Below are positions 19,105-29,249 of a DNA stretch of 64,000 bases, one piece after another. The stretch is from assembly GCA_030614005.1 (NCBI GenBank), contig JAUWKS010000005.1, positions 41,964 through 105,963 on the forward strand, read 5' to 3'. Made by a program: the position numbers and the translations under genes. This DNA comes from Candidatus Heimdallarchaeota archaeon. GTDB taxonomy: Archaea > Asgardarchaeota > Heimdallarchaeia > JABLTI01. The notes under the pieces are model-generated. The model had not been told where the DNA came from, searched no databases, and worked only from the letters and a program-made list of their open reading frames with translations. The first letter of the stretch is position 1, and the number at the start of each line of letters is the position of its first letter.

Positions 19105-20586
19105 TTACGCAGATTGTTCTTCTGCAGAACCAGAAGACAAATTTTCTATTGAAAGAGCTTCTCTCTTTACTGGAATGAAATTGACCCAATAGATTTTCTC
19201 GGAATCTAAAAGATCAACAATTTGTTTCATGTCAGTAGTAAGTAATTTTGATTGGACTTTAGAAATTGTCCATTCCAATGATCCAATGTAGTTGGCTTTC
19301 TCCCAAACAACAAGAACTAAATGATACATCGAAACAATCAATATTACTGCAAAAATTAAACCAAGCTCTTCACCATTGCCATATATTTTTGATTTCATGA
19401 AATTTTTGCCAGAAATGGTTCCAAATAGTAGCTGCATAATTAATCGTGGAATATATTCAAAAATCTTCATACAATAGAGCGTGAGAGAAAGAACACCCCA
19501 ACGTCTAATGAATTTCACAAAATGACGATTAGCGAATTTATCACCTCTACCTCGATATTCAATGAAATAAAGAAACGCCCAGATGAAAATGATTTGTCCT
19601 CCAAATCGGAGTAAATAAGTTGATACTTCGGTATTTATTTCAATTGTAGACCATGGAGAGCCAACTGCTATCAAAATGACTCCGGTGCTCATTGATAGCA
19701 GACCAATTAGAATGCCATATAGAGGTGCAAGACGCACCTTCCCCGGATTAGCTAAGGTTAAACCTATCATTGTTCCAGCAAAGGATGTCGCAATAAATGG
19801 GAAGATTGGAAGCAAATTAGCAAATGAGATTGATATTAACCAAGCTGGGAAAGTACCAGTGCTTATTGTAATAGAACTTAAATCCAATATTGACCCACCA
19901 TCAGGGTATAACCAGTTCAAATTTGGAATCCATTTTCTCATGAAGAACGTGAAAACGATTGTTCCAACAATCATACAAGCAAGAATAATCATATTTCTTG
20001 AGTGTTTTTTTAAACCATCGTTCTTACTGAAAAGATAGAGAATGAGTGTGTTTATAATTAAACAAAAACCGATAATTTGAAGTGTTTCTATACGATACAG
20101 AGACCAGATAAATTTTGAAAATCCACCAGTATAAGTTCCTGTACTAATAAGTGAACCAATAATACCATAATATCCAAGTGCTTGCTCTAACCATCCAATG
20201 ATAATTAAAACAATGCCCATAAAAAACTGCTTTAAGATTATGGGTTTTGCATTTTCATTCCTTGATAGTTTTTTGAAAACAGCATAAGAATTAACGATAG
20301 ATGAAATAAACAGAAAGAATCCATGCCATGTACCAAAAAAGGCACATATTCCCAAAATGACAACAATAATGATGTTTATTTCCAAAAGTGTTTCAAAATC
20401 TTCAAGAAAACTATAATCATAAACACCCATCAATGAATGATAAGTTATCATAGAGAATAAAGCCAATCCACGTAAGAAATCTAGTGAAGCAATGCGCTTC
20501 AATGGTTTTTTGTCTTTTTTCAATGAGTAGGTAAGAGATTGAATATCTTCGTCTCCTTGTTGAGATACTTGAATGTATTCGCTCAT
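19105..20586 (-). CDS. Polytopic membrane protein, DUF1624 / HGSNAT-like (heparan-alpha-glucosaminide N-acetyltransferase-like) family
   Basis: N-terminal LDFLRGLALFSMITYHS motif typical of the DUF1624/HGSNAT transmembrane acyltransferase family; ~11 hydrophobic helices. Confidence 0.5.
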   Translation of the reverse strand: MSEYIQVSQQGDEDIQSLTYSLKKDKKPLKRIASLDFLRGLALFSMITYHSLMGVYDYSFLEDFETLLEINIIIVVILGICAFFGTWHGFFLFISSIVNSYAVFKKLSRNENAKPIILKQFFMGIVLIIIGWLEQALGYYGIIGSLISTGTYTGGFSKFIWSLYRIETLQIIGFCLIINTLILYLFSKNDGLKKHSRNMIILACMIVGTIVFTFFMRKWIPNLNWLYPDGGSILDLSSITISTGTFPAWLISISFANLLPIFPFIATSFAGTMIGLTLANPGKVRLAPLYGILIGLLSMSTGVILIAVGSPWSTIEINTEVSTYLLRFGGQIIFIWAFLYFIEYRGRGDKFANRHFVKFIRRWGVLSLTLYCMKIFEYIPRLIMQLLFGTISGKNFMKSKIYGNGEELGLIFAVILIVSMYHLVLVVWEKANYIGSLEWTISKVQSKLLTTDMKQIVDLLDSEKIYWVNFIPVKREALSIENLSSGSAEEQSA

Positions 20587-20744
20587 TGGAACACCAAAAT
20601 AGATTATTCATTCTTACACTTACATCTTGCATAGATTTTTGAGAATAATATATGCTCTTAGAACTTCATTACTCAAGAACTTTCCTTAACTACAATGTAA
20701 GTTCTTTTTCAAAAATCAACCAGCTCTGAGATTTCTTTTAATTG

Positions 20745-21161
20745 CTATTCCGAAGGTATGTAAACTTCATGAACATGAACCCATTCAACACCATTAACCG
20801 CTTTTTCATTATTGCGAAAGAGTGCAGAAGATAAGCGAGCGGTAGTTATACCGTTAACTTCAGCCCATTCTTCATAAGTTACTAAACAAAGATTTCCTTC
20901 AGTTAATCTGCATTGAATATTTTGAACCCATAAGCGATATTCCTTTTTATCATCTTTTCGAGAACCATATCCGGCTTTTATTTGTTGTAGAATTTTTTCG
21001 CGAGATTGTAATTCCCCTGTTGGGGCAATTAAAATAAATTGCTTATCTAAAGCATTCTCTACACGTAAAAACACATCATCATTGTTTTCGACGTCTGATC
21101 TAAACCATTGAGCAAAAAACGTGTGCAAACTAATTACTTCTTTTTCACATTTCTTTTCCAT
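20745..21161 (-). CDS. NTF2-like fold protein (SnoaL/DUF4440-like)
   Basis: Size and sequence pattern (HTFFAQWF ... WVHVHEVYIP) resemble the NTF2-like superfamily. Weak. Confidence 0.4.
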   Translation of the reverse strand: MEKKCEKEVISLHTFFAQWFRSDVENNDDVFLRVENALDKQFILIAPTGELQSREKILQQIKAGYGSRKDDKKEYRLWVQNIQCRLTEGNLCLVTYEEWAEVNGITTARLSSALFRNNEKAVNGVEWVHVHEVYIPSE

Positions 21162-21316
21162 TTTTATTACCTCCAGTATTTATTTTATTGTATTGTACAA
21201 AAATTTTTCTCTCCAGTCTCGAGATAAATGAGGTATGTATCTAAATGTATTATAATGTAAAGTATAAATAGGAGAAGCGAAGTAAATTAGCTAACAATGT
21301 TAAATGGTGTGTTTAA

Positions 21317-22258
21317 TTGAAGCAAGTATCTATTACTGAAGAAGTTAGAAATTTAAAATCAAGTGATGTAAGCACTCGTAAGAAAGCAGCGTGGTCTTTA
21401 GGAGATATTGGGGATAAAAGAGTTGTAGGTCCTTTGGTGACTGCTCTAACAAAGGATAAAGATAGATTTGTTAGAAAAAATGCCGCAAAAGCATTAGCAA
21501 AGATAGGCGATCCAAGAGCAAATAAGGCTTTAAAATTTGCTAAACAGAAAGATAGAGATCCGAAAGTAAGAGAAGAAGCTGCATACGCAATTTCTAGAAT
21601 TAAAGAGCTAAATTCAAAATCAAAAAAACCAAAACTGAAAGTTTCACGAACAGTAGGAAAAGTGCGTAATAAAAATCCTCCAAAAAGAAGTGAAATTTCA
21701 CAAGTACACACCAAAAGACCTGTTGTTAAGAAAAGAAGGAAAGCACCTGTAAGGAAAATTGCTAAACTATCTACTCGAGTAAGTTCAAAATCAAGAAGTT
21801 CTTCACCAATTAGAAGGAGTACATCTAGTTCCTCTGCAAGGAAAAAACCATCTTCTAAAAAACCTGTTAGAGTAAAGCCAAAATCAAAACCTGCAGCAAG
21901 AACACCAGTAAGAAGCACAAAACCAAGGAGTCAATCCTCTACAAGAAAAATTAGTAGTACTGGTAGGTCAGTAAAAACAAGAAGCAGTAGCAGTTCAGCG
22001 AGACCTGTTAGAAAAGTATCTAGTAGTTCATCAAAATCCGTTCGACGAACTTCAAGTAGATCCTCAAAACCCGTCAGACGAACTTCGAGCAGCACAACAA
22101 GAACAGTGGTTAAAGTATCTGGTAGCAAACCTAGCACAAGACCTGTTAAGAAAGGTGTAAAAAGAACCTCAAGCTCTGTAAAGAGTTCCACCTCAAAAAG
22201 AAAAAGCAGTGATAAGTATCCTAGACCAGTTTCTTCAAAGAAGAAGAGAAGAAGGTAA
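21317..22258 (+). CDS. HEAT-repeat (PBS-lyase-type) protein with a ~215-aa highly basic Ser/Arg/Lys/Pro-rich low-complexity C-terminal tail
   Basis: RKKAAWSLGDIGDKRVVGPLVTALTKDKDRFVRKNAAKALAKIGDPRA (PBS-lyase HEAT-like repeats), then KKPKLKVSRTVGKVRNK...SRSSSPIRRSTSSSSARKKPSSKKPVRVKPKSKPAARTPVRS...VRRTSSRSSKPVRRTSSSTTR... ending KKKRRR. Confidence 0.7.
   Translation: MKQVSITEEVRNLKSSDVSTRKKAAWSLGDIGDKRVVGPLVTALTKDKDRFVRKNAAKALAKIGDPRANKALKFAKQKDRDPKVREEAAYAISRIKELNSKSKKPKLKVSRTVGKVRNKNPPKRSEISQVHTKRPVVKKRRKAPVRKIAKLSTRVSSKSRSSSPIRRSTSSSSARKKPSSKKPVRVKPKSKPAARTPVRSTKPRSQSSTRKISSTGRSVKTRSSSSSARPVRKVSSSSSKSVRRTSSRSSKPVRRTSSSTTRTVVKVSGSKPSTRPVKKGVKRTSSSVKSSTSKRKSSDKYPRPVSSKKKRRR
21600..22258 (+). 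repeat. Low-complexity, imperfectly repetitive coding tract (S/R/K/P/V-rich; recurring ...SSKPVRRTSS... units) producing long spurious antisense ORFs
   Basis: Compositional bias visible in the translation. The antisense ORFs 21313..21918 and 21931..22284 are Leu/Phe-rich mirror artefacts. Confidence 0.6.
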
Positions 22259-22378
22259 CAAGTACCATTGCTGATAAATTGCAATAATAATTACTTCAAT
22301 TGTATCTTGAACGAATTAAAAATTCGCTCGTAGATACACTTGTACTTATTCAGAGGTTATTGGCTCGTTTAACTTTGT

Positions 22379-24811
22379 TTATTCTCTAATTGCAGTTGCT
22401 AATTGTAGTTTTCGAAGTAAATTTAGACTTGGTAAGGTCGAGATGAATACACAACTAAGTGCAAATCCGAAAGTCATAAGATAATCGCCCCAAAAATACA
22501 CAGAATCCAACTCGAAAAATAACTCACTGATGAAATATTTAATCAATCGACCCAAGCCTTCTCCACCAAGTGCTATTCCAAATAACACTGCTAAAAAGAT
22601 TAAAGCGCCTATCTCTAAGATGATTTGAAGGAAAATCTGCCCCTTTCGAAATCCGAAAGTTCTTTGTAAAGCTATCTCACGAGTCCGTTCAATTATTGAA
22701 ACAAAAGCTGTCACAAAGATGATCAGAAATGAAATAACCAAAGACAAAACAATTGTTACTTTTACAATGAATAGTTGAGTATTCACCATATGAACCATTC
22801 GAGTTTCATAAGTATCTTTCATTATAGCATATTGAATTTGGGTGTTTTCGTTTAAGTCTAAGAGCAATGAATCAATGGATGCGGTATTCAATGTGTCCAT
22901 ATTGGCTAGTTTAATAAATGCCCTATTTATCGCAGAAAATCCCAATGTTTCTTCAATAGCAGGGATTAACATGAAGCATGAATTTGGTATATCTAAATCT
23001 CGAACAATACCAACAATTTCAATTTGAAATTCAACTCCTAATAACGAAAAGTTGAAATAATCTCCGACTCCTAGACCCAAAGGTTTCGCAGAATAACTTG
23101 AGATAATTCCTTCTTGAGCTGATTCATTCGAAAACATTGCGCCTTCCTTAAGACTGATGGTATACAAGGTTGAATCAGGTTGTAATCCTCTAAGATCTAG
23201 ACTATATTCCGGCATGTCTGGCATTTCTGTATTTCCACTCAAGTAAGGTTCATAACTTTCAATAAAGTCATACTCATCGAGAATGTTCTGTATCTCAGCT
23301 TCCGATTTAAAGGAATCAAACCGGGTTTGCACGTCCCAATGGATTTGATCATCAAAGTAGTTATCAAATGTTGTGTTAATTGAAGTCTGGGTTTGAATTA
23401 AAGCAAAAGAAATTGCTATAGCACTGATAAATGCACTAGTAATTAAAATACCTCTGACACGATTTCGTGAAATATTACGAAGAGGATATTTAATTGAAGT
23501 TGATAATGATGATGATTTTGTTCCTCTAACCGAATTTGGTGATTTCTTCTTTCTTTTCTTTACTTTGTATTCAGTTTTTCCTCGTATTGCTTCATATGGA
23601 GTCATTTTTACATTACTTCGACAAGCAAAGTATGTGAAGAGTTGTGATGAGAGAATGACGAGAGCAGGAACAACAATTAACCCTGGAATTGAGAAACGAG
23701 TTAATATCAAAGGTATCCCCCATCGAGAGACTAAGATACGTACCAATATCTGTAAAAATCCATATGAACCAAGGATTCCGAGAAGAGTAGATAATATTGA
23801 GATAATTAACGTTCGGAGCATGAAGACCCGTAAAATAATTTTAGATTGATAACCAAAAGCATACAACATGCCTGTCTGTTTTCTCTGTTCGATAGCATAT
23901 CGCTTGGTAATCAAATAAATTACAATTCCCGCACCCAAGATTATTGCACATGCCATAACAAAAAGTATTTGGGAAGTTAGATTGAGAACATCTTGGAAAA
24001 GAGAGCTAATACTGAATTCCCGAACATACCATTCATAGAGGATTTGTGCTTCAACAGGATTGACTTCTTCGCGCAAATCATCGGCAAATGTTGTTACAAA
24101 TTCAAGGTCAGGATCACTTGGGAAATAAAAAGCAACACTATTAAATTGAATTTTATTCCAATCATTAAATTCTTGGAAGGTTTCATAGTTAAGATAGATA
24201 GCTCCCTCTAAGGATAAATCATAACTCAAAAATTCAATTGATTTTACTAACCCAACTATTTCTACTTCTTTCACTCCAGCAATTGTATAGAGGGTAATCG
24301 TATCTCCAATCCCAATGTCTAATTCACTGGCAAATGATTCCAAAATAAAAGCTGTATCATTTTGTAATGCTGAAAATTCTCTATCTGAACTGACTTGATT
24401 GACTTTTGGTGGAGCTGTTGTATTAATTCCAATAATACTCGTAAAATACCATTTTGATGCATGGTATAGTTGAAAACTACAAGAGGGTCGAACATCATAT
24501 GAAATATTATTATAATTTGGATTTGTATTGATTAGATCTTCAACACTATTACGAATTTCACTAGTATTACCCGCAAAACCCATTTCTAAGTACGACAATT
24601 TATATGATTCATTACTTTCTAGTATGGAGGCATTTATGCTGGGATCAATTGAAAACATAGCTAGAGGAACGGAGACTATGACAAAGAAAACAAGAAATAA
24701 CAAGAAGGTGCGTTTCTTTTGAAAACGAAATTCTCGAAAAATGGTTTTATATATTTGCCGCATTTGATACTGCTCCATCTTCGGTTTTACTGAATAAAGA
24801 TTTTGATTCAT
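22379..24811 (-). CDS. ABC transporter permease, FtsX/MacB-like, with two FtsX domains and large extracytoplasmic domains
   Basis: 810 aa; two 4-TM FtsX-like blocks (…GYQSKIILRVFMLRTLIISILSTLLGILGSYGF… and C-terminal …QRTFGFRKGQIFLQIILEIGALIFLAVLFGIALG…), each preceded by a large soluble domain. Overlaps the upstream ATPase gene end by up to 65 nt, consistent with translational coupling. Confidence 0.8.
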   Translation of the reverse strand: MNQNLYSVKPKMEQYQMRQIYKTIFREFRFQKKRTFLLFLVFFVIVSVPLAMFSIDPSINASILESNESYKLSYLEMGFAGNTSEIRNSVEDLINTNPNYNNISYDVRPSCSFQLYHASKWYFTSIIGINTTAPPKVNQVSSDREFSALQNDTAFILESFASELDIGIGDTITLYTIAGVKEVEIVGLVKSIEFLSYDLSLEGAIYLNYETFQEFNDWNKIQFNSVAFYFPSDPDLEFVTTFADDLREEVNPVEAQILYEWYVREFSISSLFQDVLNLTSQILFVMACAIILGAGIVIYLITKRYAIEQRKQTGMLYAFGYQSKIILRVFMLRTLIISILSTLLGILGSYGFLQILVRILVSRWGIPLILTRFSIPGLIVVPALVILSSQLFTYFACRSNVKMTPYEAIRGKTEYKVKKRKKKSPNSVRGTKSSSLSTSIKYPLRNISRNRVRGILITSAFISAIAISFALIQTQTSINTTFDNYFDDQIHWDVQTRFDSFKSEAEIQNILDEYDFIESYEPYLSGNTEMPDMPEYSLDLRGLQPDSTLYTISLKEGAMFSNESAQEGIISSYSAKPLGLGVGDYFNFSLLGVEFQIEIVGIVRDLDIPNSCFMLIPAIEETLGFSAINRAFIKLANMDTLNTASIDSLLLDLNENTQIQYAIMKDTYETRMVHMVNTQLFIVKVTIVLSLVISFLIIFVTAFVSIIERTREIALQRTFGFRKGQIFLQIILEIGALIFLAVLFGIALGGEGLGRLIKYFISELFFELDSVYFWGDYLMTFGFALSCVFISTLPSLNLLRKLQLATAIRE

Positions 24812-25505
24812 CGCTTACAATTTGACCAGAACGTAAAGTAATCACACGATCAGCATAGCATTCTAATTCTTGATCATGAGTAACCAACAGAACAGTTTTA
24901 TTTTTCTCTTTAGCAATTTTTTGAATTAAGCTAACGATATTGTTTCCTGTCTTCTGATCTAATTGTCCAGTGGGTTCATCAATTAACAAGATATCAGGGC
25001 TCTTGGCTAAAGCACGAGCAATTGCAACACGTTGACGCTCGCCACCTGAAAGCTGAAAGGGGAAATTATCCATCCGATGTTCCAACCCAACCAAGGTAAG
25101 ATGTTCTTCAGCGAGTTTGCTAATATCTTTTCGTTTGCGAAGGGTTAATTCTAATACAAGTTCAACATTTTCACGGGCTGTTAGTGTTGGAATTAAAGAA
25201 TAAAACTGAAATACGAAAGCTAGTCTTTTCTTACGATAAAGTGTTAGCTCTTTATCTGAGTATTGAGCAATATCGTCTCCCAAAATTTCGATAGACCCAC
25301 TAGTAGGATGATCGATTCCACCTATAAGATTAATTAGAGTTGTTTTTCCCGAGCCAGAAGGGCCCATAATAAAAACAATTTCTCCTGAGTCGACAGTAAA
25401 TGAAATATTATCCAAAGCATTAACAGACATATCTCCTAATTTGTAATGCTTTGTTAAATTTGATATTTTAATGATTGAATTTGAATCTTTATGGTGGGAT
25501 ATCAT
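24747..25505 (-). CDS. ABC transporter ATP-binding protein (MacB/LolD-like)
   Basis: Walker A GPSGSGKTTL, Q-loop FVFQF, signature LSGGERQRVAIARAL, Walker B LLIDEPTGQLD, H-loop VTHD. Confidence 0.9.
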   Translation of the reverse strand: MISHHKDSNSIIKISNLTKHYKLGDMSVNALDNISFTVDSGEIVFIMGPSGSGKTTLINLIGGIDHPTSGSIEILGDDIAQYSDKELTLYRKKRLAFVFQFYSLIPTLTARENVELVLELTLRKRKDISKLAEEHLTLVGLEHRMDNFPFQLSGGERQRVAIARALAKSPDILLIDEPTGQLDQKTGNNIVSLIQKIAKEKNKTVLLVTHDQELECYADRVITLRSGQIVSDESKSLFSKTEDGAVSNAANI

Positions 25506-25687
25506 TTGTTTAAAGGAATTTTTTTTAATATAAATATGTTGATTTCGGCGAATTAAATTGCGATTGTTAAAAAAAATTTATCATCTTTAAATATTGAAAA
25601 ATCTAGCATCAAATCATAAAACATTTTCAATTACATTATTTTACTCTGGGAAAGAATTATTAATTTTTAATTAATTGATAATAAGTT

Positions 25688-27325
25688 ATGGCAAATCAAG
25701 CGAAGTGGTGGCAAAAAGCAGTTTTTTATCAGATTTATCCACGTTCATTTAGTGATAGTACGAATACTGGTGTCGGGGATCTTCGAGGGATAATAAATAA
25801 ACTGGATTATTTGAAAGAATTGGGTATCGACGGTATTTGGATTTCCCCATTTTTCCCATCACCTCAAGAAGATTGTGGGTACGATATAACTGATTTTGGT
25901 TCAGTTAATCCTGAATATGGGACAATGAAAGATTTTGAAGAGCTATTAAAAAAATCACATAAAAACGATATCAAAATCATTTTGGATATTATTCTTAATC
26001 ATACTTCAGCTCAACATCCATGGTTTCTTGAATCGAAAAAAGACCAAACAAACGAAAAGAAGGATTGGTATGTTTGGCGAGATGGGCGAGGTAAAAGTGG
26101 TAAGAAACCACCTAATAATTGGAACTCAATGATTGGCGGTTCAGCTTGGGAGTGGTGTGAAGAAAGAAAGCAGTTTTATCTTCATCAATTCTTAACTTTT
26201 CAACCTGACCTCAATTGGAGAAATCCTGATGTACAGATTGCCATGTTTAATTACATCCGATTCTGGCTTGATAAAGGAGTGGATGGGTTTAGACTTGATA
26301 TAATCCAAACACTTTTTGAAGATAAACATTTCAAAAATAATCCAAAAAGCTGGCGATTTTTCCCATCCCACAATACAAATGAAGCACTTTTTCAAAAACC
26401 AAAGTACACTCAGTTTTTACCGGAAACTATTGAAGTGTGCCGAAAACTAAGAGAGCTTGTAAGTTCATATTCTCCAGAAAGAATGTTAGTTGGTGAAGCT
26501 GCAGGTAATCCTCAGATGATAAAGCCATTGTATGGTAAGAATGGTGATGGATTACATCTCTCCTTTAATTTTAAATTCGCCGGTCAACCGTTTTCAGCTC
26601 GTAAATTTAGAAGGGTTTTAGAGGAAACACAAGAAATACTTCCAGAACCATATTGGCCTTGTTATGTTTTTTCAAATCATGATTCTAACCGTTTAATTTC
26701 ACGTCAAAAGCAAAATATTGAGAAAGCAAAATTATTAGCTATTTTGCTTCTTACGGTGCGAGGGACACCTTTCATTTATTATGGGGAGGAAATTGGTATG
26801 CTACAAGCAAAAGTACCTAAAGAGAAACAATTGGACCCTATTTCAAAGATAAAAATTTGGGGAATTCCTCTTGGTGCTCGCTATGGTCGAGATGGTTGTA
26901 GAACGCCAATGCAATGGGATGACTCACCAATAAATGCTGGTTTTTCAAAGAAATCTAAAATCGTTCCGTGGTTGCCAATTGGGCAGAACAAGAGTATAAA
27001 TGTTAAAAGCGAACTTAGTGATGAAAAGTCTATGCTAACATACTTCAAGAAATTGATCAAAGTCAGAAAACAATATGAAGCACTACAAATTGGACAACTA
27101 GATGTTTCAGAAGATAGTAATTCAGATTTGTTGATCTATAAACGAACTTTCCAAAAACAACAGCTAACAATACTCTTGAATTTTAGCAGCAAGATACAAA
27201 ACATTGCTACAATAAATAAAGTTAAACAAATATTCTCAACAAAACTATTTAAAGAACAGAAAGACGTATCTGATGAAATAACTCTGGAACCATTTGAGGG
27301 TATAATTGTAGAACAGATGAAATAA
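25688..27325 (+). CDS. GH13 alpha-glucosidase / oligo-1,6-glucosidase-like (alpha-amylase family)
   Basis: N-terminal WWQKAVFYQIYPRSF, GIDGIWISP, catalytic GVDGFRLDI, and FSNHD conserved regions of GH13 subfamily exo-glucosidases. Confidence 0.85.
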   Translation: MANQAKWWQKAVFYQIYPRSFSDSTNTGVGDLRGIINKLDYLKELGIDGIWISPFFPSPQEDCGYDITDFGSVNPEYGTMKDFEELLKKSHKNDIKIILDIILNHTSAQHPWFLESKKDQTNEKKDWYVWRDGRGKSGKKPPNNWNSMIGGSAWEWCEERKQFYLHQFLTFQPDLNWRNPDVQIAMFNYIRFWLDKGVDGFRLDIIQTLFEDKHFKNNPKSWRFFPSHNTNEALFQKPKYTQFLPETIEVCRKLRELVSSYSPERMLVGEAAGNPQMIKPLYGKNGDGLHLSFNFKFAGQPFSARKFRRVLEETQEILPEPYWPCYVFSNHDSNRLISRQKQNIEKAKLLAILLLTVRGTPFIYYGEEIGMLQAKVPKEKQLDPISKIKIWGIPLGARYGRDGCRTPMQWDDSPINAGFSKKSKIVPWLPIGQNKSINVKSELSDEKSMLTYFKKLIKVRKQYEALQIGQLDVSEDSNSDLLIYKRTFQKQQLTILLNFSSKIQNIATINKVKQIFSTKLFKEQKDVSDEITLEPFEGIIVEQMK

Positions 27326-27413
27326 CGACTGTTTTAAAACTAAAAGGATTTATATCAAAATACTAGTTTGAATTTGTGAATTAATATCCGTTCAAATGAA
27401 TGGTGAGTAGTAA

Positions 27414-28040
27414 ATGACCACTGATGACAAATTGAAAAAAGCGGCAGCGTTAAACGAAAAGAGTTTGAAATCATTAACTAATGGTAAAATAGATGAGGCA
27501 ATTGATTTTTTGGAAGAAGCGATTAAATTAGATCCCACATTGGATCTTGCTTATGGAAATCTGGCAATTTGTTTTGCAAAACTAAGAAAATATGAAGAGG
27601 CATTGACTTCTTATAAAAAAGCACTTGATATTAATTCATCACGAATCGCTTTTCATACAGGTATAGCAGCGATTTATCTTGATACAAAACAATACGATAA
27701 TGCTCAAAAACATCTAGAAATCGCGAAAAAGATTGCTCCAAAAAATCTAGCATATTTGCTAAACTATGGTCTCTGGTTATTTGTAACAAATAGATATCAA
27801 GAGACGATAGACTTTCATGAAGAATTTCTTAATTCCGGATTATTACCTGAAACTGATTTACGTAATAAAGCCATTGTTAATTATCGACTGGCTTTTTCCT
27901 ATATCGAAGTAAATAATGTTGGACGTGGTCTTGACATTGTTGAAGAATGTTTAAACACTCCTTTCATTGCAAATGATTTTCAGTTATCTCTTGTTTTTCG
28001 ACAAGTGAAAAATAAAGCTAAATATAAAATAGGTGGGTAA
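27414..28040 (+). CDS. TPR-repeat protein
   Basis: 34-aa units with the AxxxxxxAL...Y..AL pattern (EAIDFLEEAIKLDP, AYGNLAICFAKLRKYEEALTSYKKALDIN). SD GGTGAG precedes the start. Confidence 0.6.
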   Translation: MTTDDKLKKAAALNEKSLKSLTNGKIDEAIDFLEEAIKLDPTLDLAYGNLAICFAKLRKYEEALTSYKKALDINSSRIAFHTGIAAIYLDTKQYDNAQKHLEIAKKIAPKNLAYLLNYGLWLFVTNRYQETIDFHEEFLNSGLLPETDLRNKAIVNYRLAFSYIEVNNVGRGLDIVEECLNTPFIANDFQLSLVFRQVKNKAKYKIGG

Positions 28041-28091
28041 AAGATTAGACTAGGTAGTACTCATTTACCTACGAAGATTATGATGTTTCTA

Positions 28092-28286
28092 CTACAAGGC
28101 AATTGTTTGCGATTTCTCTGGTTCAACAAATTCTGACTTTACTACCAATTGTTTTCTTGCACCTGCAGCTTGTATTGCTATATTTACAGCGTTCAAAAGA
28201 ATGACAATTTTTTGCCCAATTATTAAACCTATTACACACAGTATGATTGCTAACCACCAGCTAACTTGAATACCTCCATAAATCAA
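28092..28286 (-). CDS. Small predicted membrane protein (64 aa)
   Basis: Single hydrophobic helix WWLAIILCVIGLIIGQKIVILL. Short; could be non-coding. Confidence 0.3.
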   Translation of the reverse strand: MIYGGIQVSWWLAIILCVIGLIIGQKIVILLNAVNIAIQAAGARKQLVVKSEFVEPEKSQTIAL

Positions 28287-28389
28287 GCCTATAGCTAAAC
28301 CACTACTTCAGTAAGTATTCCAATTATTGTTAATAAATATTATAGAAAATAAAAGGAGAAAAATGATAAAAAAGCCATTTTTCTAGATA

Positions 28390-29088
28390 TTACATATCAT
28401 CAGTATCAATGAAGAAGATTGCAATACAATCAACAATGAGGATCAATTTCTGTGATGTTTGAGCTAGAATTTGTAATACTGGACTGCTAGTAATTACTTT
28501 CATTGAATAGAAAATCGCGAAGATAAGTAATGCAATGAATACAATTATTGTAATTGCTAAATCTCGATGGAACGCAGGTGTTTTTTCGGGTTTTAGAGGA
28601 CGGTGTTTTCTTGTAAATCTAATCATTTGTAATATGAAGTTGAGAATACCAAAACTAGCAATAAACAGTGCTGCACCTATCCCATGAAGAATACCCCAAG
28701 TTGGTAGACCTGCAGGTATAGCTGTTAAAACTGCTCCAACTGCCATAATAAGGCCAAATATACCTTTCAAAACATTGTTTTCGAGTTCATTCTTCATAAA
28801 ATAAATAATTGCTATCGCAAGAAAAATTGCTCCACAAATACAAAAACCAGCACTAAAAATGATCATTGATGTTAAATTAGGTAGAGAGCTAGCACTAAGA
28901 TATTTTCCTAGTTGGCTAACATATTCTTGAAAGAATAGATATTTTTCTGGATAGAAAATCCAAGCAAAAACAATAGTGAATACTAGAATCGGTGCAATAG
29001 TAACAATCAATCCTTGGAGAAATCTCTGGATTTTATAATTTGGTCCTTTATCTTCGACATTTTGATTTGGAATAGTAACTGATTGCAT
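28390..29088 (-). CDS. Polytopic membrane protein, DUF998-like; tandem paralog A
   Basis: ~6 TM helices; ~75-80% identical in long blocks to 29250..29942 (shared FFQEYVSQLGKY, RFTRKHR, KPEKTPAF, ISQKLILIV.CIAIFFID). Confidence 0.6.
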   Translation of the reverse strand: MQSVTIPNQNVEDKGPNYKIQRFLQGLIVTIAPILVFTIVFAWIFYPEKYLFFQEYVSQLGKYLSASSLPNLTSMIIFSAGFCICGAIFLAIAIIYFMKNELENNVLKGIFGLIMAVGAVLTAIPAGLPTWGILHGIGAALFIASFGILNFILQMIRFTRKHRPLKPEKTPAFHRDLAITIIVFIALLIFAIFYSMKVITSSPVLQILAQTSQKLILIVDCIAIFFIDTDDM

Positions 29089-29249
29089 AATATTTACTAA
29101 TCATTCAGAATTTAAATAGATATAGTTTAACGAAGGTAAATTTAGCTGCTGCTAGTTTTTTTTAATTATAATTGATGGTAGCAACAAGGTATCTTCTAAT
29201 TAGGGAAATCAAAAGCGAAAAATAAGAAAAAAAACCATTTTTCAATAAA

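Noticed and set aside
21313-22284. Long minus-strand ORFs (201 aa and 117 aa, Leu/Phe/Thr-rich) antisense to the HEAT/SR-tail gene
   Set aside because: Mirror-image artefacts of the low-complexity AGA/AAG/TCT-rich coding repeat on the plus strand. Their composition (poly-L/F/T/G) is non-protein-like and they fully overlap a well-supported gene.
28092-28286. Considered whether the 64-aa membrane ORF is a third, decayed DUF998 copy
   Set aside because: No sequence resemblance to the N- or C-terminal blocks of the two DUF998-like paralogs. It is kept only as a low-confidence small membrane ORF.
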